Assembly (NCBI GenBank): GCA_963737655.1
Contig: CAVTTN010000002.1
Span: forward strand, 2,272,001 to 2,336,000
DNA: 64,000 nucleotides
DNA from: an uncultured Planctomycetota bacterium
GTDB lineage: Bacteria > Planctomycetota > Planctomycetia > Isosphaerales > Isosphaeraceae
Reading direction: 5' to 3'
Each line of letters opens with the position of its first letter. Position 1 is the stretch's first letter. A program made the translations under genes and the position numbers. This document shows, piece after piece, positions 38,656 to 48,486 of the stretch. Under the pieces are notes generated by a model. The model was not told the DNA's origin and searched no databases. It worked only from the letters and a program-made list of their open reading frames with translations.

Positions 38656-39381
38656 ATGAACGCCGAGCCGGCCGCCGTCGATTTCGTGATGCCCGTGTAC
38701 AACGAGGGCGAGAACATCGGCCGGGCCCTGGCCGAGCTCTTCGCCCACGTCCCCCTGCCCAAGCGCGTCCTGGTCGTCCATGACTTCGACGAAGATAATA
38801 CCGTCCCGGCCGTCCGGGCCCTGATGCCCGAGTATCCCGGCGTCGAGCTCGTCAAGAACACGATCGGCCGGGGCGTCATCAACGCCGTCCGGGCCGGCAT
38901 CGCGGCGAGTTCGGCCGAGGTCGTCATCGTGACGATGGCCGACCTCTCCGACGACGTGAAGATCGTCCCCGAGATGGTCCGCCGGATCGTCGAGGACGGC
39001 GACGACATCGTCTGCGCCTCGCGGTACATGAAGGGCGGGCGGCAGATCGGCGGGCCGTGGCTCAAGGGGATGATGTCCCGGGCCGCCGGGGTCAGCCTCC
39101 ACTGGCTCGCCGGCTGGCCCACCCACGACGCCACCAACGCCTTCCGCGCCTATCGGCGATCGGTCCTCCTGGACCATCCGATCGAGGGGGAAGGGGGGTT
39201 CGCCTACTCCCTGGAGATCACCGCCAAGGCCATCGCCGCCGGGCGGAAGGTCACGGAAGTCCCCTCGACGTGGCGGGACCGCTCCGCCGGGCAATCGCGA
39301 TTCCAGCTGCGGAAGTGGCTGCCGCACTACCTGCGCTGGTATGGATTTGCGTTGACCCATCGGCCGAAGCCGAGGCGATGA
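38656..39381 (+). CDS. GT2 glycosyltransferase, DPM1/polyprenol-phosphate type
   Basis: MPVYNEGENI, HDFDED, MADLSD, ASRYMKGG and DATNAFRAY. Alternative GTG at 38632. Confidence 0.9.
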   Translation: MNAEPAAVDFVMPVYNEGENIGRALAELFAHVPLPKRVLVVHDFDEDNTVPAVRALMPEYPGVELVKNTIGRGVINAVRAGIAASSAEVVIVTMADLSDDVKIVPEMVRRIVEDGDDIVCASRYMKGGRQIGGPWLKGMMSRAAGVSLHWLAGWPTHDATNAFRAYRRSVLLDHPIEGEGGFAYSLEITAKAIAAGRKVTEVPSTWRDRSAGQSRFQLRKWLPHYLRWYGFALTHRPKPRR

Positions 39382-39423
39382 CCCGGGGCGCCCGGCCCCC
39401 CGCGACGATCGGCCCGTTCGGAT

Positions 39424-41100
39424 TCACGCCAGGACGGACAACGCCGGCGCGACCTCGTGCCGGGGCGGGGATTCGGCGAGGGTTTCGGCCCGGACGAACG
39501 GGATGTGACGGGCCCAGGCCGGGTCGGCGGCGGGGAAGTCCTTGCGGGTGTGGACGCCCCGCGATTCCTCCCTCGCCTTCGCCGCCGCGATCATCAGCCG
39601 GGCGACGGTGAGCATGTTCTGGAGCGTCCAGCCGGCGGGGCCGTCGAATTCTTGCGCCAGCACGTAGCGACACCAGAAATCGACCTGCTCGGCCGCCTCG
39701 GACAGGCCCGAGGCATCGCGGATGATCCCGACTTTCCGCCACATCAGGGCGCGGAGCGAGTCGCGGATGTCGGTCAGGTCCAGGGGCTCCCGGCTGGAGG
39801 GGCGTTCGGCCGAGACGACGGGAGGGACTTCCAGCCGCATCGGCCCGGATTCGCCGAGGGTCCGGGCGATGTCCTCGGCCACCCTCGCGCCGAAGACCAG
39901 CCCTTCGAGGAGGCTGTTCGAGGCCAGGCGGTTGGCCCCGTGGAGGCCGCTGCTGGTGACCTCGCCGGCCGCCCAGAGGCCGGGCACGGTGGTCCGGCCG
40001 TCGGGATCGACGGTCGCGCCCCCCATGTAGTAGTGGGCGCCGGGGCGGACCGGGATCAGGTCGCGGGTGATGTCCAGGTCGAACCCCCGGCAGAGGGCCA
40101 CGATCCCGGGGAATCGGCTGCGGAGGCGGTCGGCGTCGAGGTGGGTCAGGTCGAGATAGACGCACGGATGCTGCGTCTTCGCCATCTGCGCCGTGATCGC
40201 CCGGGAGACGTCGTCGCGGGGGGCGAGCTCGGCCAGGGGGTGATACTCGGGCATGAACCGATGGCCGTTGCGGTCGCGGAGGTGCGCCCCTTCGCCCCGC
40301 AACGCCTCGGTGATCAAATGGCGGGAGGACCCGGCGATGTAGAGGACCGTCGGATGGAACTGCATGAATTCCATGTCGCGGACCTCGGCTCCGGCCCGGT
40401 AGGCCAGGGCGTGGCCGTCGGCCGTGGCGATCGAGGGATTGGTCGATTCCCGATAGAGCTGCCCGGCCCCCCCGGTGGCCAGGATCGTGGCGCGGCTCCA
40501 GACGAGCGAGGGCCCTCGGCGCTTGTCCCAGACGATCGCCCCTCGGCAGCGGTCTTCATGAGTGAGAAGATCAATCGTGAAGCTATTTTGCCAGATCCGC
40601 ACGTTCGAGGCGTCCCGGGCGCGGGCGATCACGGCCCTCATGACTTCCCGGCCGGTGGCGTCTCCCAGGGCGTGGACGATCCGGGCGTGCGAGTGCCCGC
40701 CTTCGAGGCCCAGGGCGACGGAGCCGTTCTGGCCCTGGTCGAACCGGGTGCCCCAGTCGATCAGCTCGGCGATCCGCGACGGGGCCTCGCGGACGACCAT
40801 CTCGACGACCTCGGGGTCGCACAGGCCCTTGCCGGCGGCCAGGGTGTCGGCGATGTGGTCCTCGAAGTGGTCCTCGGGGTCGAGGACCCCGGCGATCCCG
40901 CCCTGGGCATAGGCGGAGTTGCTCTCGCGGACCTCATCCTTCGTGACGACCAGGGCCCGCAACGGCTCCGGGACGCCCAGGGCGGCGCGGAGGCCGGCGA
41001 GCCCCCCGCCGACGATCAGGACGTCGGTGAAGTGGTGCGGCAGGTCGCGCGGATCGAACGGGGCGAGGTAGCGACGAGGCAGGCGAAGCGGGTGGTCCAT
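39424..41100 (-). CDS. nadB: L-aspartate oxidase
   Basis: GGGLAG, SNSAYAQGGI, EGGHSHARIVHA, QFHPT, LITEALRGEG, AHYYMGG, GLHGANRLASNSLLEG and REESRG. Confidence 0.95.
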   Translation of the reverse strand: MDHPLRLPRRYLAPFDPRDLPHHFTDVLIVGGGLAGLRAALGVPEPLRALVVTKDEVRESNSAYAQGGIAGVLDPEDHFEDHIADTLAAGKGLCDPEVVEMVVREAPSRIAELIDWGTRFDQGQNGSVALGLEGGHSHARIVHALGDATGREVMRAVIARARDASNVRIWQNSFTIDLLTHEDRCRGAIVWDKRRGPSLVWSRATILATGGAGQLYRESTNPSIATADGHALAYRAGAEVRDMEFMQFHPTVLYIAGSSRHLITEALRGEGAHLRDRNGHRFMPEYHPLAELAPRDDVSRAITAQMAKTQHPCVYLDLTHLDADRLRSRFPGIVALCRGFDLDITRDLIPVRPGAHYYMGGATVDPDGRTTVPGLWAAGEVTSSGLHGANRLASNSLLEGLVFGARVAEDIARTLGESGPMRLEVPPVVSAERPSSREPLDLTDIRDSLRALMWRKVGIIRDASGLSEAAEQVDFWCRYVLAQEFDGPAGWTLQNMLTVARLMIAAAKAREESRGVHTRKDFPAADPAWARHIPFVRAETLAESPPRHEVAPALSVLA

Positions 41101-41178
41101 GATGGGGCCTGGATCTCGGGCGGATGCGAGGACCGAAGGTCTTGCGAGGCCGGGGCTCCGTGTTTCGCGCGTCGAATC

Positions 41179-41266
41179 GCGGTTCTTGTCGGGTCCGCGA
41201 TTGCGGACCTCTTCGATTTCGCATCATCTCGAAGAGGTCCGCAATCGCGGACCCGACAAGAACCGC
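41179..41266. repeat. palindromic element with 38-bp perfect arms (GT(A/C)GGGTCCGC family)
   Basis: gcggttcttgtcgggtccgcgattgcggacctcttcga (41179-41216) and its exact reverse complement (41229-41266). Confidence 0.88.
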
Positions 41267-41344
41267 CCTCGACCACGCCAAACAGGGACGACGGGGGAGA
41301 GGGCGATGGAACGCGGCGCCCGGCCTGCTGTCCCGGCTGGCGGC

Positions 41345-44300
41345 TCAGGGGTTCCGGGCCGGGGCGGTGGTCTTCGAGGTCGCGAGGCTCTTCTTGAACG
41401 CCTCGAACCGCGAGCGGTACTCGGCAGGGGCGACCGAGCGGTTGCCCTCGGCGTCTCCGGCCAGGTTGTCCTGGGCGGAGGAGCCGGGGCCTCTCTCGGC
41501 GCGTCCCCGGACGGTGTTTTGACGGATCGGGTCGGCGATCTTGCGGTTCGGGTCCATCGCCTTGGACTTGCCGAGCTGGCCCTCCAGCTCTCGGCCCTGG
41601 CCGACGGGGGGCTGGGCGGGCTTTTCGAACTTCCTGATGAACTGCTCCATCTCCTGGCGAGACATGCCGGTCTCGGCCTCCAGGGCCTTGGTATCCTTGT
41701 CGCTCTTGAGGAGGTCCTGGAGGCGGCGGAGGACCAGGTCGGTCTGAGGAGCGCCCTTGGGGGCGGGGGAATCGCCGGAATCCTTCGGCTCGGGTCCCTG
41801 GGGCTTGCGTTCGTCGGTGGGGGTCTCGGGCTTGGTGAGGTCCTCGCCGGTGCCGCCCTGTCGGCCCCCTCCGCCGTTGGAGGCGCGGTCGCCGGGGCCT
41901 CCGGGTTCCTGCCCCTCGCCGGGAGGGCCGTTCGGGCTGCCCTCGCCCTGGCCCGACTTCTGCCCACCGGATTGGCCGCCGGACTTCTGGCCGCCGGACT
42001 TCTGGCCGCCCGACTCGCCCGATTTCTGGCCCCCGCTCATCGACGGGTTGCCCTCGCCCGGCTTGCCCGAGGGCTGTCCGCCCTGAGATCCCTGTTCGCC
42101 GGACTTGCCGCCCTGGCCTCCTTGCTCACCTTGCTTGCCGCCCTGGCCTCCTTGCTCTCCCTGCTTGCCGCCCTGAGCGCCCTGTTCACCTTGTTTTCCG
42201 CCCTGAGCACCCTGCTCACCTGGCTTGCCTCCCTGGCCGCCCTGTTCGCCAGGCTTGCCGCCCTGGGCGCCTTGCTCACCTTGCTTACCGCCCTGGGCGC
42301 CTTGTTCGCCTTGCTTACCGCCCTGGGCGCCAGGCTTACCGCCCTGTTCGCCGGGCTTTCCACCCTGCTCGCCGGGCTTGCCGCCTTGCTCGCCGGGCTT
42401 TCCACCCTGCGCACCCTGCTCGCCCTGTTTTCCGCCTTGAGCACCTTGCTCGCCGGGCTTTCCGCCCTGGGACTCGTTGGCGCCCTTGCCGGCCTGACCC
42501 TGGCCTCCTTGCTTGGAGCCCATGCTGTCGTCGGACTGGGGCTTTCCGCCCTGGGCGCCTTGCTCGCCGGGTTTGCCCGCTTGGGGTTCGCCCTGGCCTC
42601 CCTGGGGCTTGGCGTCGGACGGCTTTCCGCCCTGAGCCTGGTCGTTGCCTTGAGGCTTCCCGCCCTGGGGCTGGCCCGGCTCGGCCTGCTTGCCTCCCTG
42701 AGCCTGGTCGGTCATCTTCCCGCCCTGGGGCGGTTGATCGGCCGGCTTTCCGCCCTGGGGCTGGCCTTCCTTCGAGTTGGGAGCCTGATCGGTCGGCTTC
42801 CCACCTTGCGGGGCGTCCGAGGGCTTGCCGGACGGGTCGTTGCTGTCGCCGTTCTGGGGTTTGCCACCCTGGGGCTGTCCGGCGTTGGGCTTGCCGGCTT
42901 GCGGCTGGGGCTCGCCGGGCTTGCCGGCCTGCGGGGCCTGATCGCCGCCGGATTTCGGGTTCGCGTCCGACGGCTTGCCGCCGTTGGGGGCCTGGTCGCC
43001 GGGCTTCCCGGCCTGGGGATTGCCGGGCCCTTGAGGCTTGTTGTCGTTGGGCTTGCCGGCCTGGGGGTTCTGGTCGCCGGGCTTTCCGGCTTGCGGCTGG
43101 CCGTTGCCCTTCTCGGGGTTGGGTTCGCCCGGCTTGCCGGCGTTGGGCTGACCGGCGTTGGGCTTTCCGGCCTGGGGCTGGTTGTCCATCCCGGGCTTGC
43201 CGGCCTGCGGGTTCGGCTCCCCGGCGTTGGGCTTGCCGGCCTGCGGCTGGCCGTCGGACCCCTTGGCGGGCTGGGGTTCGCCGGGCTTGCCGCCCTGGGC
43301 GTTGGGTTCGCCGGGCTTGCCTTCCTTGTCCTGAGTCTTGCCGGCCTGGGTCTGGTCTCCGGGCTTGCCGGCCTGGGTCTGGCCGTCGCCGTCCTTGCCG
43401 GGCTGAGGCTGACCGGCGGCGTTTTTCGGCTCGCCGGACTTGCCGCCCTGGGGTTGATTGTCCATGGAAGGCTTGCCCGAATGGGCCTGATCGCCGGGCT
43501 GGGTGCCGGGCTTCTGGCCGTTTTCCTTGCCGCCTTGCTGGGTCTCGTCGCCGTTCTTGGCGTCTTCGAGCTGATTTCCCGCGTTATCTTGCTGCTTGAC
43601 CGGCCCGCCGGGCTGCGAATTCGGGTCGTTCGCCTTGCCGGCCTTGGATTGCTGGTCGCCGGGCTGGCCGGCGTTCTTGGGCTTGCCGCCCCGGGCGGTG
43701 GGGTCGCCCTCCTGAGGCTGGCCGGGCTTGCGATCCTGGGGCTTCGCGGCGTTGGGGTCGTTGGGCTTGCCGCCCTGAGGCTGGCCGTCGGCGGGATCGT
43801 GGCCCTGAGTCTTGTCATTCAGCTCGGGCTTGTTCGCGCCGCCGGGATCGCCGGGCTGGCCGTTGCCCTTCTCGGGGTTGGTTTGGGGCTTGCCGGCGTT
43901 GGGGTCTCCGGGCTTGCCGGCCTGGGGGTTCTGATCGCCGGGCTTGCCGGCTTGCGGCTGGCCGTTGCCCTTCTCGGCGTTGGGTTCGCCGGGCTTGCCG
44001 GCGTTGGGCTGACCGGCGTTGGGCTGACCGGCGTTGGGCTTTCCGGCCTGGGGCTGGTTGTCCATCCCGGGCTTGCCGGCCTGCGGGTTCGGCTCCCCGG
44101 CGTTGGGCTTGCCGGCCTGCGGCTGGTTCTCGGTCCCCTTGGCGTTCGGGCGGTCGGCCGATTTGCCGGCCTGGGGCTTCTGGTCGCCGGGCTTGCCGCC
44201 CTGGGCGTTGGGTTCGCCGGCCCTGGCGCCGGATTGGTCCTTGCCGGCCTGAGACTTCCCGGCGTTCGGGGCCCCGCCTTCCGGCTTGCCGGCGGCGTTC

Positions 44301-46882
44301 TTCGGCTCGTTCGGCTTGCCGGCGGGGGCCTGGTCCTTCATCTCGGGCTTGCCGGCCTGCTTCGGGTCGGCCCCGGCCCCGGCCCCGGTTTTCCCCGATT
44401 CGCCCGGCTTCCCGCCCTGGGGGGTCTGTTCCGCGTTCTGGGGCTGGTCCGACTGCGGCTTCTGATCGCCGTTCTGGGGCTTGCCGGCTTCCGGGGTCGG
44501 CTGTCCACCCTGAGGCTTCGCCGACTGAGGGCTTTGTTCGCCATTCTGGGGCTTGCCGCCGTCTTGCGGCTTGCCGGCTTGCGGCGGCTGGCCGCCGTTC
44601 TGCGGACCCGATGGCGGCGCGGGGTCGCCGGGCTTGCCGGCTTGCGGCGGCTGGCCGCCGTTCTGGGGCTTGCCGGCCTGGGGGTTTTGCTCGTCGGGCT
44701 TGCCGCCGGGCGGTTGGGGTTGGGTCCGGTCGCCCCGGGCGACTTGCGGGTTCGAGTTCCCGTTGCTTTCGGAGGCGTCGGGGCTGGCGTTCGGCGAGTT
44801 GCCTTCCTTCTGCCCCTGCGCCGTCTTGGAATTCTCGCCCGGGTTGTTCTGGGGCGAGTTCCCCTGATTCGCGTTGTTCTTCGCGTTCTGCCGGGCGTTC
44901 TGGTCGGCGGCGGGGGAACCCTTGGGCTGGGCATTGGGCGGGGTGTTGCCCGAATTGCCCGGGTTGCCGTCCTGGGGCGGCGGGTTCCTCTTCTGGATGG
45001 CCTTTTCCAACTGAGCGAGCTTCTTCATCTCCTCGGGGGTGAGGTCTCGCTCGGGCTGGTTGCCGTTCTGGGGGGCGGCGTTGGGGTCGTCCTTGTCGCC
45101 GGGGTTGTTCTTGGCGTCACCGTTCTTGTCGGTGTCCTTCGGCTGGTCCTCGCCGCCTTCCTTGCCGGGCCTGGGGGCCTGGTCGGCCGGGTCGTCCGGG
45201 TTGGCCTCGCCGGGGTTGGGCTTGTTCTCCTGGTCGGCCTCCGACGGCGGGGGTTCCTGGGCCTTGTTCTGCTCCTCGATCTTTTCGAGCTCTTTCGGCG
45301 AGGCCGGGGCGGTCACCTCGATGATCTGGCGGACCTCGATCCGGTTGGATTGCGGCTGCTTGGTGTCCCGGACGGACAGCCAGTACTCGATCTTCGTCCC
45401 GGGCCGGGCCTTGATCGCGGCGAGGTCCAGGACGTCGTCGGCGGAGAGCTCGCGGGCCGGCGGCTTGCCTTCGAGGTAGTCCTTGGCCGGGCGGAGGACT
45501 TCCTTGCCCTCGCGGACGTGGAGCATGGCCTCCTTCACGCCGAAGTCGTCGGCCGCCTTGATCTTGAGGGCGACCTTGCCGTTGCTCGGCACCTTGATCT
45601 CGGGCCGGTCGGGCCGGACGAACGACGCCGTCGGCGGGTGGTCCTTCAGCGCCTTGACGTCGTGGAGGACCGGGTTGGGGTTCTCCTGGCCGCCGGTGGT
45701 GAGGAACTTGATCTTGTACTGGCCGCCGACGGTCACGGCGAACTTGCCGACCAGGCCGTGGGCGTCGGGATCGACGTCCATCTCCACCTTCGCCGCCTTG
45801 TCCCAGTCGGGCTTGCCGTCCTTGGTGGTCGCGGCGGTCAGGATCAGCCAGGCGGAGTCGGCCGGCTCGTTGGTCCGGGCGCGGACCGTGACGATCGTCC
45901 CTTCCAGCGCCTCGACGTTCCCCCCCTCGATCCCCGGGCGACGGGGCGTCTCGGTATACGGGGGGAAGTCCAGGTCATGCTGGACCGAGGTGACCATCGG
46001 CGCGGGGAGGACCGTGAGCCGATAGGTCTTCGAGACGGCGTCCCCGGCCGTCAGGTAGTAGTCCCAGGTCTGCTGGACGTCGGGCAGCTTGATCGACCAC
46101 GGGTCGTAATCGTTCCGGCCGCGCTCCAGGGGCTTGGTCAGGTAGGTCTGGCCGCCGTCGGCCGAATAGTGGAGCGCGACCTCGTTGGGCCGGGCCCCCT
46201 GGACCTCCGCCGAGAACGTGACCTTGGCCCCGGCCACGACCTTGGCGAGCTTCGGGTCGTCGCCGGGCTTGATGTTCACCAACCGCGTGTTCGTCGGCCG
46301 GGCCACGTCGGAGAGGAACGCGCGCTTCACCGAGTCGAGGATCGGCCGGGGCGTGAACAGCGAATAGAGGCAGAACGCCACGACGATGCCCGACAGGGCG
46401 TAGAACGTCTGCGCCAGCCTCTTCTGGTTGACGACCGTATCGACCTCGACCTTGGCCAGGTCGTCGACGGCCTTCGCCTCGACGGCCGCCATGAACGTCC
46501 GGGGCATCTCGTCGCGATGCCTCCGCAGTTCGAGGTAGTTGATCAGGCTGTTCTTGAACGCCGGGTCGGCTTCCTCGATGGTCCTCGCCGCGTACAGCCC
46601 GTTGACCTTGCGGAGCATGGGCAGGGCGATCCGGAGCGTCGAGAAGGTGACCGCCGTGGCCGCCCCGAACAGCAGGACGACCTGCCGGACGAACAGCGGG
46701 AGCCCGAAGACGTGGTCCAGGACCACTTCCAGGAACAGGATGCCGATGGCCGAGGCCAGCAGCAAGACGCTGGCCGTCAGGACGTCGGTCATCTTGATCT
46801 TGGCCCGGGTCAGCCCGATCTGGTGGTCGATGAACTGCTCATAATCGAGCAGCTTCCCTTGCGGTCTGGTGCCCAAGGCCAT
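41345..46882 (-). CDS. giant DUF4175-like membrane protein with a >1100-aa Gly/Gln/Pro/Lys/Asn repeat region
   Basis: GGGAG before ATG 46882 and TATAAT at 46938-46933; 3 TM helices, ARTIEEADPAFKNSLINY, DHPP...AADDFGV, many QAGKP/QGGKP repeats and C-terminal PAEYRSRFEAFKKSL. Confidence 0.82.
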   Translation of the reverse strand: MALGTRPQGKLLDYEQFIDHQIGLTRAKIKMTDVLTASVLLLASAIGILFLEVVLDHVFGLPLFVRQVVLLFGAATAVTFSTLRIALPMLRKVNGLYAARTIEEADPAFKNSLINYLELRRHRDEMPRTFMAAVEAKAVDDLAKVEVDTVVNQKRLAQTFYALSGIVVAFCLYSLFTPRPILDSVKRAFLSDVARPTNTRLVNIKPGDDPKLAKVVAGAKVTFSAEVQGARPNEVALHYSADGGQTYLTKPLERGRNDYDPWSIKLPDVQQTWDYYLTAGDAVSKTYRLTVLPAPMVTSVQHDLDFPPYTETPRRPGIEGGNVEALEGTIVTVRARTNEPADSAWLILTAATTKDGKPDWDKAAKVEMDVDPDAHGLVGKFAVTVGGQYKIKFLTTGGQENPNPVLHDVKALKDHPPTASFVRPDRPEIKVPSNGKVALKIKAADDFGVKEAMLHVREGKEVLRPAKDYLEGKPPARELSADDVLDLAAIKARPGTKIEYWLSVRDTKQPQSNRIEVRQIIEVTAPASPKELEKIEEQNKAQEPPPSEADQENKPNPGEANPDDPADQAPRPGKEGGEDQPKDTDKNGDAKNNPGDKDDPNAAPQNGNQPERDLTPEEMKKLAQLEKAIQKRNPPPQDGNPGNSGNTPPNAQPKGSPAADQNARQNAKNNANQGNSPQNNPGENSKTAQGQKEGNSPNASPDASESNGNSNPQVARGDRTQPQPPGGKPDEQNPQAGKPQNGGQPPQAGKPGDPAPPSGPQNGGQPPQAGKPQDGGKPQNGEQSPQSAKPQGGQPTPEAGKPQNGDQKPQSDQPQNAEQTPQGGKPGESGKTGAGAGADPKQAGKPEMKDQAPAGKPNEPKNAAGKPEGGAPNAGKSQAGKDQSGARAGEPNAQGGKPGDQKPQAGKSADRPNAKGTENQPQAGKPNAGEPNPQAGKPGMDNQPQAGKPNAGQPNAGQPNAGKPGEPNAEKGNGQPQAGKPGDQNPQAGKPGDPNAGKPQTNPEKGNGQPGDPGGANKPELNDKTQGHDPADGQPQGGKPNDPNAAKPQDRKPGQPQEGDPTARGGKPKNAGQPGDQQSKAGKANDPNSQPGGPVKQQDNAGNQLEDAKNGDETQQGGKENGQKPGTQPGDQAHSGKPSMDNQPQGGKSGEPKNAAGQPQPGKDGDGQTQAGKPGDQTQAGKTQDKEGKPGEPNAQGGKPGEPQPAKGSDGQPQAGKPNAGEPNPQAGKPGMDNQPQAGKPNAGQPNAGKPGEPNPEKGNGQPQAGKPGDQNPQAGKPNDNKPQGPGNPQAGKPGDQAPNGGKPSDANPKSGGDQAPQAGKPGEPQPQAGKPNAGQPQGGKPQNGDSNDPSGKPSDAPQGGKPTDQAPNSKEGQPQGGKPADQPPQGGKMTDQAQGGKQAEPGQPQGGKPQGNDQAQGGKPSDAKPQGGQGEPQAGKPGEQGAQGGKPQSDDSMGSKQGGQGQAGKGANESQGGKPGEQGAQGGKQGEQGAQGGKPGEQGGKPGEQGGKPGEQGGKPGAQGGKQGEQGAQGGKQGEQGAQGGKPGEQGGQGGKPGEQGAQGGKQGEQGAQGGKQGEQGGQGGKQGEQGGQGGKSGEQGSQGGQPSGKPGEGNPSMSGGQKSGESGGQKSGGQKSGGQSGGQKSGQGEGSPNGPPGEGQEPGGPGDRASNGGGGRQGGTGEDLTKPETPTDERKPQGPEPKDSGDSPAPKGAPQTDLVLRRLQDLLKSDKDTKALEAETGMSRQEMEQFIRKFEKPAQPPVGQGRELEGQLGKSKAMDPNRKIADPIRQNTVRGRAERGPGSSAQDNLAGDAEGNRSVAPAEYRSRFEAFKKSLATSKTTAPARNP
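42085..42470 (-). repeat. coding tandem repeats (30-nt GGK[Q/P]GEQG[A/G]Q and 21-nt GGKPGEQ units)
   Basis: Visible in the translation: GGKPGEQGAQ-GGKQGEQGAQ-GGKPGEQ-GGKPGEQ...; synonymous differences between units. Confidence 0.85.
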
Positions 46883-47070
46883 GGCGCGGACTCCCTGGCT
46901 GGCCGGCGAGCCATCCACTCAATGACGTCTCGATTATATCCGCCCCGACCCGGCGGGGGAAACGCCCCTGCGACGAATGTCCGAAATCGGCCCGGTGACC
47001 CCGAGAATGCGGCCGGGTGCCATCCTTACGCGGACGTAAGCATGCCACCCGGCCGCGATCCGATCCCCCT

Positions 47071-48228
47071 CTAAACCGCGCCGGCCGTCGCCTTCTGGCC
47101 GATCAGGACGGCTTGAGCGGCCACGAGTGCCCGGCCGGGCTCGACGTCGAAGCCGAGGTCGGCGAGGATCATCTCCAGGGCGGCGAGGCCGGAAATCACG
47201 TCCAGCTCATCCATGTAGCCCATGTGGCCCACCCTCACGATCTTGCCCTTCAGCTTGTCCTGGCCGCCGACGGTGGTGATCCCGAAGCGGTCGAACAGCT
47301 TGCCGCGGATCTCCGAGTCCTTCAGCCCCTCGGGCACGCGGAACGCCGTGAGCCCCTCGGCCGGCCGGGCGCTGAAAAGCTCCAGCCCCAGGGCCTGGAT
47401 GCCCGCCTGGCACGCTTCGGACATGATCTTGTGCCGCTTCCAGACGTTCTCGATCCCTTCCTCGTTGATCCTCTTGAGCGAGGCGCGCAGGGCGAGGATC
47501 AGGGTGTGGGCCGGGGTGTACGGCGTGTCGAACTCGGCCATCTTCTTGCGGGCGGACTTCAGGTTGAAGTAGAACGCCGGGGCGTCGAACGCGTCGATCT
47601 TCTTCCATGCCTTCGGACTCACGGCGACGAACGCCAGCCCCGGCGGGAGCATCAGGGCCTTCTGCGACCCGACGCACAGCAGGTCGATCCCCCATTCGTC
47701 GGTCCGGCACTCCATCGCGCCGACGCCCGAGATCCCATCGACGGCGAACACCGCGTCGGTCTCGGCGACGATCTTGCCGATCGCCTCGACGGGGTGGCCG
47801 GTCCCGGTGGAGGTCTCGCTGAGCGTGCCCATCACGCAAGTCGTGTCGGGGTGGGCCTTCAGGGCGTTGGCCACCCGCTCGGGATCGACGGGTTGGCCCC
47901 ACTCGAAATCGACCATCTCGGCGTGGATGCCATACGCGGCGCAGATCTTGGACCACCTCAGGGCGAACCACCCGGCGTTCAGGACCAGCGCCTTGCCCCC
48001 CTTCGGCACGGCGTTGACCGCGGCGGCCTCCATCGCGCCGGTGCCGGAGGCGGTGAGGATCAACACGTCGTTCTTCGTCTGGAAGACCGTCTTGAGCCCG
48101 GCGATCGAATCGACGATCACCTGCTTCGCCTCGGCCGATCGGTGGTGGATGACCGGCCGGGCCAGCTCCAGCAGGACGTCCTCGGGGACCGGGGCAGGCC
48201 CCGGGGTCATCAGGCGAGGCTTCTTCAT
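47071..48228 (-). CDS. class V PLP aminotransferase (alanine-glyoxylate/serine-pyruvate type)
   Basis: LMTPGP, SGTGAMEAA, ETSTG, VDGIS, GSQKALMLPPG and RVGHMG. Confidence 0.92.
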   Translation of the reverse strand: MKKPRLMTPGPAPVPEDVLLELARPVIHHRSAEAKQVIVDSIAGLKTVFQTKNDVLILTASGTGAMEAAAVNAVPKGGKALVLNAGWFALRWSKICAAYGIHAEMVDFEWGQPVDPERVANALKAHPDTTCVMGTLSETSTGTGHPVEAIGKIVAETDAVFAVDGISGVGAMECRTDEWGIDLLCVGSQKALMLPPGLAFVAVSPKAWKKIDAFDAPAFYFNLKSARKKMAEFDTPYTPAHTLILALRASLKRINEEGIENVWKRHKIMSEACQAGIQALGLELFSARPAEGLTAFRVPEGLKDSEIRGKLFDRFGITTVGGQDKLKGKIVRVGHMGYMDELDVISGLAALEMILADLGFDVEPGRALVAAQAVLIGQKATAGAV

Positions 48229-48302
48229 CGCAGGCAATCTCCGATCGTAAGTCGGGCCCATCCTTGCAGCAGATCACAGCCCGAGGGAACACTCTGGTTT
48301 CC

Positions 48303-48359
48303 GTAGGGCAGGCCCTGGCCTGCCGTCTCCGCGGGTCGGCAGGCCGAGGCCTGCCCTAC
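48303..48359. repeat. GTAGGGCAGGC palindromic REP-like element
   Basis: gtagggcaggccctggcctgccg ... cggcaggccgaggcctgccctac. Confidence 0.88.
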
Positions 48360-48486
48360 AATCCATGTGCGACCCATTCGTGACCCGCTGGTGAGTCGAA
48401 CCCATAGTCTAATCCCCAAGTTGTGATTCGGGGAGGGGACTCGGCGTCCGGCCGTCTCCGGCGATTCCTCGACGAGGGACCGACGC

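Noticed and set aside
42085..44700. Repetitive DNA as a CRISPR array or true collagen
   Set aside because: Repeats are in-frame and synonymously diverged with no unique spacers or cas genes; Gly-X-Y periodicity is broken every 2-3 triplets.
41099..47074. 1991-aa plus-strand ORF rich in L/A/G
   Set aside because: Antisense shadow of the repeat-rich minus-strand gene; no motifs, and stop codons are rare at this GC content.
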